Positions 1 to 12,188 of a DNA stretch of 64,000 nucleotides are shown in pieces (positions within the stretch are counted from its first letter, which is position 1; each line of letters opens with the position of its first letter). The translations under genes were made by a program, and so were the position numbers. The DNA is from Eledone cirrhosa (Eukaryota), in the NCBI GenBank assembly GCA_964016885.1, contig OZ024752.1:10292001-10356000 (forward strand), in the 5' to 3' direction. Below the pieces are notes generated by a model, which saw only the letters and a program-made list of their open reading frames with translations, did no database searches and was not told where the DNA came from.

Positions 1-249
1 CCTTATGTAAAGCAGTTACATCTAGGCTTGTACAGTACCACTGCTATTATAGGTACAATAATAAGACTAACATGTCTTGTAATATAAAATTAAATGTCTT
101 AATAAATATCAGTACATATATATTAGAATTATCATAATATAATAAAGGAAGGAGTGCGGGACTATGTCCTGAATATCATTTGTTATCCCGTTAGTAAAAT
201 AAGTTGGATTATTTTGAATAAATACTGAATGAATATTGCATAATTTATG

Positions 250-533
250 TACTAAATTTTGTAACACTTGATTAAATATAAATAATTTTATTGCTTATTT
301 CAAGATTTACTTCTTTACATTTTTTGAAATGTCAACTCTTCCGGTTAGCGTCCGTTATATTATAATACTTATTACATCGTTTATATAAACGTTCATATAT
401 TTGCATCGTTATATAAGCTTTATATTTTTGTCACTAATTTTCTCCTCACGCAGTCTTTTTTAAATGTGTCATGGATTACTTTACTGATTACAGAAGAGTG
501 TGTAACACAGTCTCTCTTCAATTTCTGTGTATA
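250..533. repeat. Unclassified dispersed repeat; inverted copy at ~9061-9428
   Basis: 469-533 (catggattactttactgattacagaagagtgtgtaacacagtctctcttcaatttctgtg) and ~290-352 (attgcttatttcaagatttacttcttt...tgtcaactcttccggttagcgtc) are diverged reverse complements of 9061-9156 and 9324-9385. Confidence 0.75.
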
Positions 534-864
534 GTCTCAATTGCGATTTTATTTTACATATATATCATATCTAAATGCATGTATAGTTGCGTATAATATC
601 AATATATACACTATACATAGTAGCTGAAAACCCTACGGAGCATATATAAATGTACATGCCTGAAATACCGTTGTCTTGATTTTCGTTTTATACTTCTTCT
701 GACTTACCATATATTTGACGATTCACCCAGCCCTGGTGATTTCATCACATAGTCAGGCACAGTGCATTCAGAAATTATATAATGTGTTCTTTTGTTTATT
801 GTTTTTAGAGGTTTCTTATATTAGGAATATCATTCCAGGCGATTCCCAAATATTGAGGTTTTGT

Positions 865-1108
865 TACAGAACAGATGTGGGTTCAATTCCTGGACTAGGT
901 TGTGTGTTGCGTTCTTGAGCAAAACACTTCATTTCATGTTGCTCCAGTATACTTAACTTAAAATGAGTACCAGCAATAGCTGGGAGTATAGCTCTGCTAT
1001 GGACTGACGTCCTGTCCAAGGTGAAGGATTGCGCTCTTTGTCTCTTAACACTACAATAACCGAGATAAGCACCAGTCAGCTGAGCATCTAAGCTTGAGAC
1101 AAACTTTA
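865..1108 (+). mobile_element. tRNA-derived SINE, CORE-like, diverged
   Basis: B box gggttcaattcc, then gtgttgcgttcttgagcaaaacacttcatttcatgttgctccagt (CORE-like) and atgagtaccagc...ctgctatggactgacgtcctgtccaagg. Family assignment is from recollection of metazoan SINE domains. Confidence 0.65.
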
Positions 1109-1212
1109 CTCTAGACATTATATTAAGGATTTCCTGGAACATATACACCATCGAGGGCAATAACCTATCATACACAATACATATATTGTAATATTCTCGA
1201 TATCCTATCAAT

Positions 1213-1615
1213 TTGAATGTTGCTTATATGTCATTATGTAATTACACAATCTTATTACTTTTCCGCGTGTATAATGTTACCTATATGTCATATAATTACA
1301 TAATATTGTCACTTTACCGCGTCTATAATGATACCTATATATCATTATACAATTACAAAATCTTACTACTTTACCGCGTCTATAATGTTACCTATATGTC
1401 ATTATATTATTACATAATCATACTACTTTACCGCGTCTATGATACATATATGTCATTATATAATTACACAATCGTATTACTTTACCGCGTCTATAATGTT
1501 ACATATATGTCATATATAATTACATAATCTTACTACTTTACCGCGTGTAAAATGTTACCTATATATCATTATATAATTACATATACTTATTACTTTACCT
1601 CGTCTATAATGCTAT
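1213..1615. repeat. Minisatellite, 54-57 bp unit, ~7 copies
   Basis: ttaccgcgtctataatgttacctatatgtcattatataattaca recurs; the CCGCG anchor falls at ~1263, 1317, 1374, 1431, 1485, 1541 and 1598. It explains ORF 1213..1527. Confidence 0.95.
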
Positions 1616-3099
1616 ACGGTTTGTACAAGCATAGAATTTACTGTTATTTGTAAGAATGCATGCATATATACATATACATATATATATATATTCATATGTG
1701 TATAAATAAAAGTGTGTGTGGGAGTGCGTTGATATTATTTATAATTCAAGAAAACCCTTCAAAGTATAACATACATACATATATATATATATATACAATA
1801 TATATAATATATATATGATTATTTATTTAGTAATCAACATATATATTCCATTGTAAACACTTTCATTCGGAACGTAATTATGTGGGAAATATCATTTCCA
1901 CCCTCATAGGATATATTGCATACTATACAATATATTACAAACTATACAGAATTCGAGAAGAAAAATATTCTGTTTAGTTCAACATTGAGTCAAATAACGT
2001 ATTTCTTTTATATTTCACCTGTATCAATTTCAAATATCATTTCTTCGTTTGATATATTCTCCCATGATCTCCACTGTGGACGTTTCTATTATATTTCGAG
2101 TAATACGGTTTCTTTACTGCAGCAAATAGATAATAGCTTTACAGTTCTTCAGAGATGGAAATCTGAATGTGTAAGAAATTCTACTCTATTACCCGCATGA
2201 ATTATCAAATATCTTTTCCGCATTGAAAAAGAAGGAAATCAAAAATTGTCAATTTAAAGAAACAACAATGATAGAATAGCATGGTGTATTTCCGCCTGGA
2301 CTCACTAAAACCAGCTTTTATATTTATACATGCACTTCGCTTTATAAGCACGAGATATATCTGTTGGATTGATGCATATCAAATGAAAGAATATATTTTA
2401 TAAGGTCTAATTACAGATATTTGCTAAAATAAATAAATTGCTAATATATTTTGGGGAAAATTATGCCCTACAAAATCACGCACTAATGACCGTAAGCGAA
2501 ATATTTTTCATAAATTATTAATTTAACGCCTGGGGAAGAAACAGGCGAATGTGTGTCGAAGGAACTTTGATAAATTGTATTTACATTAATATTTTATCTG
2601 TTGGTTAATCAATGATAATCATTGATAGCCATTTAAATTGTTAATAGAAATATAAAGAGTATATAATAAAACTGAAACGAAAACGAACACGAACAATGAT
2701 TTTTTGAAACTATTTTTGGCAATATTAAGACAACATGACCCATACCAAATATAACCATTTTCAGGTAAGGTTCTATAGAAATACGAAACTAAAGAGCATT
2801 CCCCAGAAACTAGATTAATTTTCTTTCTGTAGTAATTCATCTGTGTATTTCATTCAGCCAAACATAGCATTGCTTTCCCGGGTATTTATTAGTGGTACGG
2901 CAAGTATGGATCAACTATGGGGAGAGAGATTATATTGAAATTGATAGCAGGGTTCATCCTGACAATGAGATAAATATGTATGCACATTTGGTATAAACCT
3001 ACGTCGCAGTGCGTGTTTTCTCGCACGAATAGTGAACTATCAATAAATGCACAGAAATATACACACACTTTATGAGTACTGGGTGTATATATATATATA

Positions 3100-3180
3100 T
3101 ACGCAACCTTAGATCAGTTTGACAATCGCCATCGACGAATGCGAGAAAGTTCCCGAGAAAGTTAACCAGGATGTTCAAGA
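3100..3180 (+). repeat. Fragment of the repeat family at 63141-63828, with hammerhead-like motif
   Basis: cagtttgacaatcgccatcgacgaatgcgagaaagttcccgagaaagttaaccagg is near-identical to 63636-63692 and to the reverse complement of ~63250-63305. Confidence 0.8.
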
Positions 3181-3869
3181 AAAAAGCATTTACAATGTCT
3201 ACATTGTAAAATTGTAATATGAAAATAAATTGATAGAACAACAACTACAAAAGTCATACCTGTCCTTATATATATATATAGACATATCAAAATTTAGATT
3301 CGTCATAACTGTATACATATATGCATGTGAATTTCGTATATCTAAAGATATACGGTATGTTTAGTAAACAATTCGAAAGTCCAGCTGTAAATTGAAGGCT
3401 GACGATCTGCGCCGTCTAATGGAATCCAGCAGAAGCAAGGGAGATAATTGACTATACATTTCAAACTGGTACTCATCCAACAATGCTTCTCCTTGCAGAC
3501 AATGCATCAGACAATGCTTCTCCTTGCTTATGGCTGGAATTTAAGGCAGGCGAGAAAAAAAAAATGTAATTTCTGTTTTACTGAATCATGCATTCATATG
3601 GGCCCCATCGATTCTAAATATTGACTGTGTTGGCTTATGTTTCAGACGGCAAGCATTTCTAAATCTAATGACGGTTTATCTTCATTTATCATATGATTTA
3701 GTGAATTGCCTGACGTTACTGTTAATAGGGAGACGATAGGAAAGAGTTCATTAGAGTTGACTCACATTATCTTACGCTATGGAAAATATGTATTAATTAC
3801 GACATATGAAAACAAAGACTGATAATAATTTCCGCCTGAGAGACGGAATATCTAATGAACCGAGATATT

Positions 3870-4596
3870 ATCGATTCTGCTTGTGACGCTAAACTCCGCC
3901 AGTTGCAGACTGTGCATCAACATCTCTCTCCACAAAGTTCGTTCACCAGTAGCAGAGGTCAAAGAGCAAAGATCAAGTTCAGTCCATAAGTTGACATTAT
4001 CAAGCCATCGTTTTGGTTGCCGGCTTCTGATTCTCTTACCAGCCAGCCTTCCTTCCAGGAATATATAATACTTTTCGATCACCAACATCAGAGTTTAAAG
4101 AGCAAAGATCAAGTCCAGTACATAAGTTGGTATTGTCAAGCCATTGTTTTGGTTGCCGGCCTTTGCTTCTCTTACCAGCCAACCTTCCTTCCAGGCATAG
4201 CCTACTCACACCACGAGTTGATCTTTTTATATGACCGCATAGTTTGAGTATTCTTGATTTGACAATTGATGTAATTGGTCTAAGTCTGGCAATGTTGAGC
4301 AGCTCACTGATACAGACGCAGTCCCTGAGTCGCTTGCCAGTCATAAGTCTTATGATGTGGTTCTGGAATGTAGAGAGCTTCTGAAGTTACTTTGTCGTCC
4401 AATTAACACAGTCAAGACCATATAACACAACTGATAGGATGTAAGTATCAAAGGTCTTAGCCTTCAAATGATAGGAAACTCGTTTTGATGTTAGTACTTC
4501 CTTGTTCTTGTTGAAAGCTGCCCAACCTAGAGCGATGCCATACAGCACAGCAACCATTCCATTGTTTTTTGATGGTAGTTTGTGACCGAGATATAC
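3870..4596 (-). mobile_element. RTE-clade LINE 3' fragment (RT C-terminus), pseudogenised
   Basis: Minus strand reads VYLGHKL...GWAAFNKNKEVLTSKRVSYHLKAKTFDTYILSVVLYGLDCVNWTTK*LQKLSTFQNHIIRLMTG...LKLCGHIKR...LEGRLAGKRSKGRQPKQWLDN. The YLG, LYG, GH and GR-P-W-D pattern is RTE-like. It has an in-frame stop and a duplicated ~135-bp terminal segment. Confidence 0.85.
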
Positions 4597-4793
4597 ATTG
4601 AGATTATTGTAAAGTATATATTGTTATAACGATATTAACTAATACATGTGTTGAGCAATATGTGGATTGTAATATAATAGGAAAAGAGTTAGCACAATAC
4701 CAGTTTATTTATATATTACACAGTGGAGTACGTGGACAATAAGTAGGTTTTTTTTTCCTAATTACTCCAGCCAATGTTGATTATTGCAATGTA

Positions 4794-4828
<35 letters not shown>

Positions 4829-4839
4829 TTTACATATAA

Positions 4840-5075
4840 TGACTGGCTGGGCACTGCATTCGTCATCCAGAAGAGATAGCATCACAACTTGTGCTCATAA
4901 ACCAGCGGTGGGACGAAGAAGTGTGGGAAGACAAGCCGTCTCATTCATTGATACCCTGCTGAGAGATGCCAACATTGATAACATCGATGAACTGAGAAAT
5001 GTCATACTCGACCGGGACGACTGGAGAAAGCGTGCTGAATCTTTGTGAGTGTAAACTCGGCCAAAGAAGATAGAA
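4840..5075 (+). mobile_element. RTE/RTEX-like LINE 3' end
   Basis: LAGHCIRHPEEIASQLVL, frameshift, then KPAVGRRSVGRQAVSFIDTLLRDANIDNIDELRNVILDRDDWRKR*. This is a typical RTE-group C-terminus. Confidence 0.8.
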
Positions 5076-5205
5076 GATATGATATTAAATAATGTAAGTG
5101 ATGAACAATATTTGATTATAATATAATTGGAAAGGAATTATCACAATACCAGTTTGTATATTTCACTGTGGAATACTTGGAGAATATATACTATTTATTG
5201 TCAAC

Positions 5206-5391
5206 ATAATTGTTTCTACTTTAGGCACAAGGCCAGCAATTACCCAGTGGATTACTGGTACTTTATTTTATCGACTCCGTAAGGATGAAAGGCAAAGTCA
5301 ACCTCGGTGGGATTTGAACACAGATCGTAAAGCGAATTAACTATGCTGGAAAGCATGGCGTCCGACCCTCTACCGATACTGCCAATCCACC
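5206..5391 (-). mobile_element. tRNA-derived SINE family A, full length with TSD
   Basis: A box tggcagtatcggtag, B box gttcaaatccc, central gcctttcatccttacggggtcgataaaataaagtaccag (Meta-domain-like from memory), tail agaaacaattat. TSD atttatt(g/c)tcaacataat at 5193-5210 and 5392-5409. Confidence 0.92.
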
Positions 5392-5497
5392 ATTTATTCT
5401 CAACATAATATTATTGAATTTGAAGTACTTTGATCCATTACATAAACATGTCAAATATTTGACCAAATATGATTCGAAATACATTAGGACACATTGA

Positions 5498-5718
5498 GGG
5501 CGGTGGATTGACAGTATCGATAGAGGGTCGGACGACATGCTTTGAAACATAATTACGGCCCTTTATGATCTGAGTTCAAAATCCCGCCGAGATTAACTTT
5601 GCCTTTCATCCTTACGGTGTCGATAAAATAAAGTACCAGTCACGCACTGAGGTCGATTTAATCGACTTTCCCCACCCCCAAAATTGCTGGCCTTGTGCCT
5701 ATATAAGAAATCATTATA
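5498..5718 (+). mobile_element. SINE family A, long variant
   Basis: Same head and core plus an extra gtcgatttaatcgactttcccc segment. TSD-like attagga(c/a)acatt at 5483-5495 and 5718-5730. Confidence 0.92.
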
Positions 5719-6315
5719 TTAGGAAACATTCATGGCTACATCTTCTATGTTAGTTTTGTTCCTGATCAGTATTATTTTAAATATTCATGCAAGTTCTTCC
5801 CTGATTCAACGTTGCATTGAATAAAGATACGCATGAAACAATAAGCACGACTAGATAAACTGAATTAACGCAAAAAAAATGTATTTTAAATTAAATGTAG
5901 TTTTCATGCTCTCAGCAAATGGCTGACATTCTAATTAAATTAAAGCATCATAAGTGCATTATTCTTTTTTAAGAGTCTTGCTAATTGGCTGCTTAGCATA
6001 TTGTGGTAATTAATAACTTTCAATAAACAAAATGCAAACCATATTTCGAAGGAAAAAATGAGGAATTTAAGGTGGTTTCAAAGGGGATCAAGTTCATGAC
6101 AAGCTATATATTCTATTTGAAATTTTATGGCTGACGGCTTCATTTAATGGATTTTATAAAATGTTCTAAAGCGAAGTTGTTTTAAGTATGAGATTTTAAC
6201 AGGTAAACATATATATGGTGTGTTTAGTTCAATAGCTTGCTTTCCCATATTACATTTGAAGTGTTTTGCATACCACCGAGTGCAATCATGTTGGAGTGCA
6301 TATTTGAATGTATAA

Positions 6316-6538
6316 GTGTGTGTGTGTGTACATATATATATATATATATATATACATATATATATTTATAAATATATACATGAATACACATATAAACATA
6401 TATATACCTGCATACATATATATGTAAAATATATATACATGCATACATGCTCTCAGCAAATGGCTGATATATGTAAAATATATATACATGCATACATATA
6501 TATATGTAAAATATATATACATGCATACATATATATGT

Positions 6539-6578
<40 letters not shown>

Positions 6579-6780
6579 CATGCATACATATACCTGCATG
6601 TATACATATATATAAATATATATATACATATATTTAGATACATATATACATATAGATGCATATATACATACATATTTATAGATAACTATACACACACCTA
6701 TACTTACATACATATAAAATACATATGTATGTGTTTGTGCGTGTGTGTATTTGTGTGTATACTTATGTATGTATGTGCGT
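6316..6780. repeat. Compound (TA)/(TG)/(CA) microsatellite
   Basis: Direct inspection; source of the YIYI ORFs. Confidence 0.95.
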
Positions 6781-6944
6781 CTTGTTAACCTATATTCTGT
6801 GTAGTGGAATGGATCTATATGTTTGGTTAGTATTTCGAACCATTAAATACGAAATATAAAAACCTTTCGTTAATTTTGTAATTTATTTCCCCATTCCAGA
6901 GTTGCTTGCGTTGTCGGTATCGTTATATATATATAATTCTCTTT

Positions 6945-7228
6945 TTCACACAGAAACAAAATGGCGTAGGATAGAAGAAAGAAAAGGCACAGAAACGAAG
7001 AAAGGAATCCCCAGTCACTGAAGAGGTCACAGAGTGTGTGATGAAAGGACTATGACTATATATATAAACAACTATCTGGTTGTGGAACCAACCAACCAAC
7101 CAGAAATTTATATTTTATAAGTTTGTAGATTTGTAAATTTATGAATTTATAAATATATAATAAATTGAAGTGAAAGCAACTGGTGCGTGTGTTTCTCATT
7201 GGCAACATGACCCTCCCAAAGTATAACA
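6945..7228 (+). mobile_element. Copy of the TGT...ACA element (see 28992-29249), one end missing
   Basis: Reverse-complement similarity to 29000-29210. It ends in tggcaacatgaccctcccaaagtataaca, which also occurs at 12393-12421 and in reverse at ~49512-49555. Confidence 0.8.
7014..7056 (+). ncRNA. Minimal type I hammerhead-like motif
   Basis: GTCA-CTGAAGA-G GTCAC agagtgt GTGAT-GAAA-GGAC-TA-TGAC. Helix I is GTCA/TGAC, the core is intact and the triplet is CUA; helix II register is imperfect. Confidence 0.55.
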
Positions 7229-7604
7229 ATATTCTCTTTTTTGTTTTATAGTAATATAATATAATTTACCAATGTTGGTTTAATAGTTCTGTGAAAGTGG
7301 GTAGTTCGTTCTGTGTCATTGATTGTCAGCGTTTTATGTTGTTTTGTGGAGAGATATTTGGTCCACATCATGGGTGTTTGGAGGTATAATTTCTTTGAAG
7401 AATGTTTTATATAACATATGTTTATACGATGTAAATGTGTACGGTCTTTCATTTCAGAATGTGCTGATTAGTGAACACGATGTTGGTCCTTTCCAAAAGA
7501 AAACTGCTCGAAATCATGTCGTATCCCATGGTTAAAGCATGGAGAAATTATTCCGTTGCAAGTTTAAAGATGTATATTTTCGGGCTGGTTCTACATGAAC
7601 ATTG

Positions 7605-7793
7605 ATAATTATTTATACTTTTCGCACAAGGCCAACAATTACCCAGTGCATTACTGGTACTTTGTTTTATCGACGCCGTAAGGATGAAAGGCAAAGTTAA
7701 CCTCGGCGGGATTTAAACTCAGAATGGCAAGGGCCGTAACTATGCGTCAAAGCATGGCGCCCGACCCTCTACCGATACTGCCAATTCACCGCC
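7605..7793 (-). mobile_element. SINE family A
   Basis: Reverse complement of head, core and tail. Confidence 0.92.
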
Positions 7794-7899
7794 TACAGAA
7801 TCATTGGGAATATCATTGCATTTACCTCGGCTGGGTTTCTGATGCTGTGTTGAAGCTGAAGAAAACGTATTTTCAATTAACCGACGTCAGGTATGTGCA

Positions 7900-8234
7900 T
7901 GCTTTCTGACTGTCGTTTGGTATGAAGCACTCCGTCGGTTACGACGACGAGTGTTCCAGTTGATCCGATCAACGGAACAACTTGCTCGTGAAATTAACGT
8001 GCAATAGGCTGAGCATTCCAGAGGCACGCGTACCCTTAAACGTTGTTCTCCTCTAGATTCAGCATGGCACAGAACGTGACAAGGCTGGACATTTGAATTA
8101 CAGGTATAACTCATGTTTGCCAGCTGAGTGGACCAGAGCAATGTGTCTTGCACAAGGACAACTCGCCGCAGAGAATCGAACCCATAACTTCACGAACGTA
8201 AGCCGAATAACCTAACCACAGAGTCACGTGCCTC
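7900..8234 (-). mobile_element. tRNA-derived SINE family B (CORE plus Deu/Nin-like segment)
   Basis: Minus strand reads gtgactctgtggttagg...gggttcgattctc (A/B boxes), gttgtccttgtgcaagacac (CORE-like), then tgcacgttaatttcacgagc...gttgatcggatcaactggaac. A second partial copy is at ~47185-47392. Confidence 0.75.
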
Positions 8235-8414
8235 GGTATAACGTGAATATATATATATTTCGTCACGACAGTGCTGTTGAGTGGACTGTAATCTCGGTGA
8301 TGTAGTTATATAGCCTGATTTACATCCTGTCTTCTTCTGTATATGTTCTACTAGATCTCAATCTAGCTGACTTAGAAGAACTGACTTTTGTGCTAAGTTA
8401 GGGGTAATAGTGAT

Positions 8415-8613
8415 TTTTCCTAAAGAAAGAAGGCCCGCAATTTGAGGGAGGGGAAGGTCGATTAAATCGATGGAAGGGCATTACTGGTGCTTTATATTAT
8501 CTACCCCGTAAGGATGGAAAGCAAAGTTAACCTGGGTGGGATCTGAACCTATAATTTAAAAGCCGTAACTATGTTGTGAAGCATGGTGTCTAACGGTCCA
8601 CCGGTACTGCCAA
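8415..8613 (-). mobile_element. SINE family A, long variant, diverged
   Basis: ccccgtaaggatggaaagcaaagttaacct...gtactgccaa. Confidence 0.85.
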
Positions 8614-8617
8614 ATGT

Positions 8618-8980
8618 AGGAAAGTTTGACAGTGTTTCTGAAGAAAATCTTATGACAACGGTGGTACGGGGAAACATGTAACGAATATCTATTGTATGGA
8701 TGATAAAGCCAGGTAAATCTACAGGTATGGCAGCTCCTGCTGTGTCGTGTATTGTTTGGAGTGTGGTAAGATACCTTCTCGTTATATCTGCTCTGCTTTA
8801 GGAGCACTATATATGTGCTCATTGGCAAATAGGTTGGAGTTCCTAACGAAATTGATCGTGATAGCCATTTTGGATTCAGATAGTTTCTTGTTGCAACATA
8901 GTGTCTCCTTCAGTTCATTGTAAGGAGAAGAATCTCCATTCTACAGGCCGAGGAAGACATCTAGGAAGTTTGTACTACCA
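8618..8980 (-). mobile_element. Penelope-like element remnant (RT thumb/linker)
   Basis: Minus-strand frames give TNFLDV, LKQSRYNEKVSY, RFTWLYHPYN and HKIFFRNTVKLSY. These match remembered Penelope/Neptune motifs NFLDV, AL..SGY, WFNPPF and KIFNRNTVKISYSC, with stops and frameshifts. Confidence 0.7.
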
Positions 8981-9060
8981 CGTGTAGTGTGTATATTGAT
9001 ATTATACACAAATATATATGCATGTAGATATGATACGGCAAATGAAATCGTAATTAACAA

Positions 9061-9428
9061 TATGCACAGAAATTGAAGAAAGACTGTGCTACACTGTCTT
9101 ATGTAATCAGTACAGCAATGCTACACTGTCTTATGTAACCAGTAAAGTAATCCATGGTACATTTAAACAAAGACGATATTATATATAAACTGCATATATA
9201 ATAAACTAACATGTTATGAAAATGAAAAATGAGAAAATTAACAACCTAAATATAAACCTTATATAACGATGCTAATATTTAAACGTTTATAAAAGTGATG
9301 TGATAAGTGTTATGCTATAACTGACGCTAACCGGAAAAGTTGACATTTGAATATTTTAAAGAAGTGAATCTTAAAATAAGCAATAATAATATATACGAAT
9401 ATTTATGTTCAACAGCTACGAAATTTAT
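9061..9428. repeat. Inverted copy of 250-533
   Basis: See 250-533. This copy also has an internal duplication of tgctacactgtcttatgtaa(t/c)cagta. Confidence 0.75.
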
Positions 9429-9443
9429 AATTGTAAACATTAT

Positions 9444-9626
9444 ATAATTGTTTCTACTTTTGGCACAAGGCCAGCAATTATATCAGTGTATTACTGGTAC
9501 TTTATTTTATCGACCCCGTAAGGATGAAAGGCAAAGTTAACCTCGGCTGGATTTGAACTCATATCATAAAGGGCCGTAACTCTATGCTAAAAAATATGGT
9601 GTCCGACTCTCTACCAATTTCTGCCA
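9444..9626 (-). mobile_element. SINE family A
   Basis: Reverse complement of tail, core and head. Confidence 0.9.
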
Positions 9627-9652
9627 AATATTCATTCATTATTTATTCAAAG

Positions 9653-10041
9653 GGGCGGTGGATTGGCAGTATCGGTAGAGGGTCGGACGCCATGCTTTCC
9701 AGCATAGTTACGTCCCTTTACAGTCTGAGTTCAAATCCCGCCGAGGTTGACTTTGCCTTTCATCCTTACGGGGTCGATAAAATAAAGTACCAGTAATGCA
9801 CTGGGTGATTGCTGGCCTTGTGCCTACAGTAGAAACAATTATTTATTCAAAGGGCGGGGAATTGGCAGTATCGGTAGAGGGTTTGACGCCATGCTTTCTA
9901 GCATAGTTACGTTCCTTTACAGTCTGAGTTCAAATCCCGCCGAGGTTAACTTTGCCTTTCATCCTTACGGGGTTGATAAAATAAAGTACCAGTAATGTAC
10001 TGGGTATTTGCTGGCCTTGTGCCTAAAGTAGAAACAATTAT
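9653..10041 (+). mobile_element. Two head-to-tail SINE A copies (9653-9841, 9852-10041)
   Basis: Two complete copies. attatttattcaaag occurs at 9638, 9838 and 10037. Confidence 0.95.
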
Positions 10042-10344
10042 TTATTCAAAGTAATGCAAATTATTTTACTAACGAGATATAAAATATAAAACGGACGCTG
10101 TCCTGCACTCCCCGCTTTATTATATTGTAGAAAGTATTTGTAATGTATGTTTAGTAGGTGACTTTAAATTAATCCCTTACAGAAATATATGAGATCTCAT
10201 CGTACCCAATCAGCGTTGCAGTAAATGGGACAGTTCTTGTGTAGAACTGAGAACCCTTATAATATTCACACTATTTTCCTTATGGATAGAGTACTAAGTT
10301 GATTAATGCCTTAACCAGGCTTAATTTAATACATATCATCCAAG

Positions 10345-10714
10345 CATATATATATATATACACACATACAACCACTCACACAATATATAAACACACACAC
10401 ACACACACACACATACTATATATGTATATACATACACACGCACATATATGTATATACATACACACGCACATATATATATATACATACACACGCACCCACA
10501 TATATATATATATATATACATACACACGCACCCACATATATATATATATATATACATACACACGCACCCACATATATATATATATATATACATACACACG
10601 CACCCACATATATATATATATATATATACATACACACGCACCCACATATATATATATATATATATACATACACACGCACCCACATATATATATATATATA
10701 CATACACACGCACC

Positions 10715-10751
<37 letters not shown>

Positions 10752-10756
10752 GCACC

Positions 10757-10791
<35 letters not shown>

Positions 10792-11087
10792 TCACACGCA
10801 CCCACATATATATATATATATATACATACACACGCACCCACATATATATATATATACACACACACACCCACATATATATATATATATACACACACGCACA
10901 TATATATATATATAAACACACACATATATATATAAACAGACACATATATATATATATAAACACACACATATATATATAAACAGACACATATATACACACA
11001 CACACATATATATATACACACACACACACACGCGCATATATATATATACACACACATACATACAGAGAGAGAGAGAGCGGGTGTGAA

Positions 11088-11133
<46 letters not shown>

Positions 11134-11170
11134 TGAGAGAGATAGAGAAAGTGAGAGAGAGAGAGAAAGT

Positions 11171-11204
<34 letters not shown>

Positions 11205-11208
11205 CACA
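10345..11208. repeat. Compound minisatellite (catacacacgcacccaca-(TA)n) plus (AG)n tract
   Basis: Direct inspection. Confidence 0.95.
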
Positions 11209-11269
11209 CAGTCAATCGACAAGATCCCAGACCTCGCTTAACGGGTGGGGGTGAAGCTCGTCAAATCGG

Positions 11270-11421
11270 ACCGAGGAAACAATGTTTCCATTGGCCTTTC
11301 CAATTGTTAATACTATCTGTCGGTAGGAACTGCAGTTAGAGGAGTAAGGAGAAATAATGTGTCTTGCTGAAAGTCTGGGAATCGAAATCACAACCACCAA
11401 TGCTCTAACCCCCTCAGCCAT
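11270..11421 (-). mobile_element. Diverged tRNA/CORE SINE head
   Basis: Minus strand atggctgaggggttagagc...ttcgattcccag...gcaagacac. Confidence 0.45.
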
Positions 11422-11823
11422 ATATATTAAAATACAAATATATATTATAATATAAACATATATTCCGTGGGAGAGAGAGGTACACAAACTACACATACAC
11501 ACACATACACACGCGCGCGTTGCAGCCTACCAAATATTCGAAAGAAAATACTGACATATATCCAATATTTCCCATTACAAACGTATGTAGGAAAAAACGC
11601 TATTATATTAAACAACTTTATCATTGACTGAAAGAATTCAAGTATTTTTAATTAGGTTTAGCGAAGTACATTGTGGGTATAAAAGTAAGACTCATGATAT
11701 TTGTGATAGTATAAGAAGTGAATATATTCATTGAAATTCCACTGAACGTGATAATTGTTAATGGTATGACATATGGTTATATCCAACATGCTGAAAACAT
11801 ATCTGTGCATTTTTCTTTCGCTA

Positions 11824-11961
11824 AATATATATATATATATATATATACTATATATATATATATATATATACTATATTTTTTTTTTTTGCGTGTGTGTGTG
11901 TGTATAAGTATGTATATATATATATATATAGATATGTAAATGTATGTATGTTTTCATGTAA

Positions 11962-12002
<41 letters not shown>

Positions 12003-12134
12003 GTATGTAAATGTATGTATGTTTTCATGTAAGTATATACATATATATATATATATATACGTACATGTATGTATGTGTTCATGTAATTATATATATATAC
12101 ATATATATATATATGTATGTATGTTTTCATGTAA

Positions 12135-12188
<54 letters not shown>

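Noticed and set aside
2010-2230. Possible Gypsy protease (FEIDTG) or transposase (LIIHAG) remnant on the minus strand
   Set aside because: Only short motifs in frames full of stops; it cannot be supported without a TBLASTN or HMM search.
10299-11222. Clusters of 150-280-aa ORFs (also at ~6.2, 33.1, 46.7, 47.3 and 54.0 kb)
   Set aside because: They are microsatellite translations.
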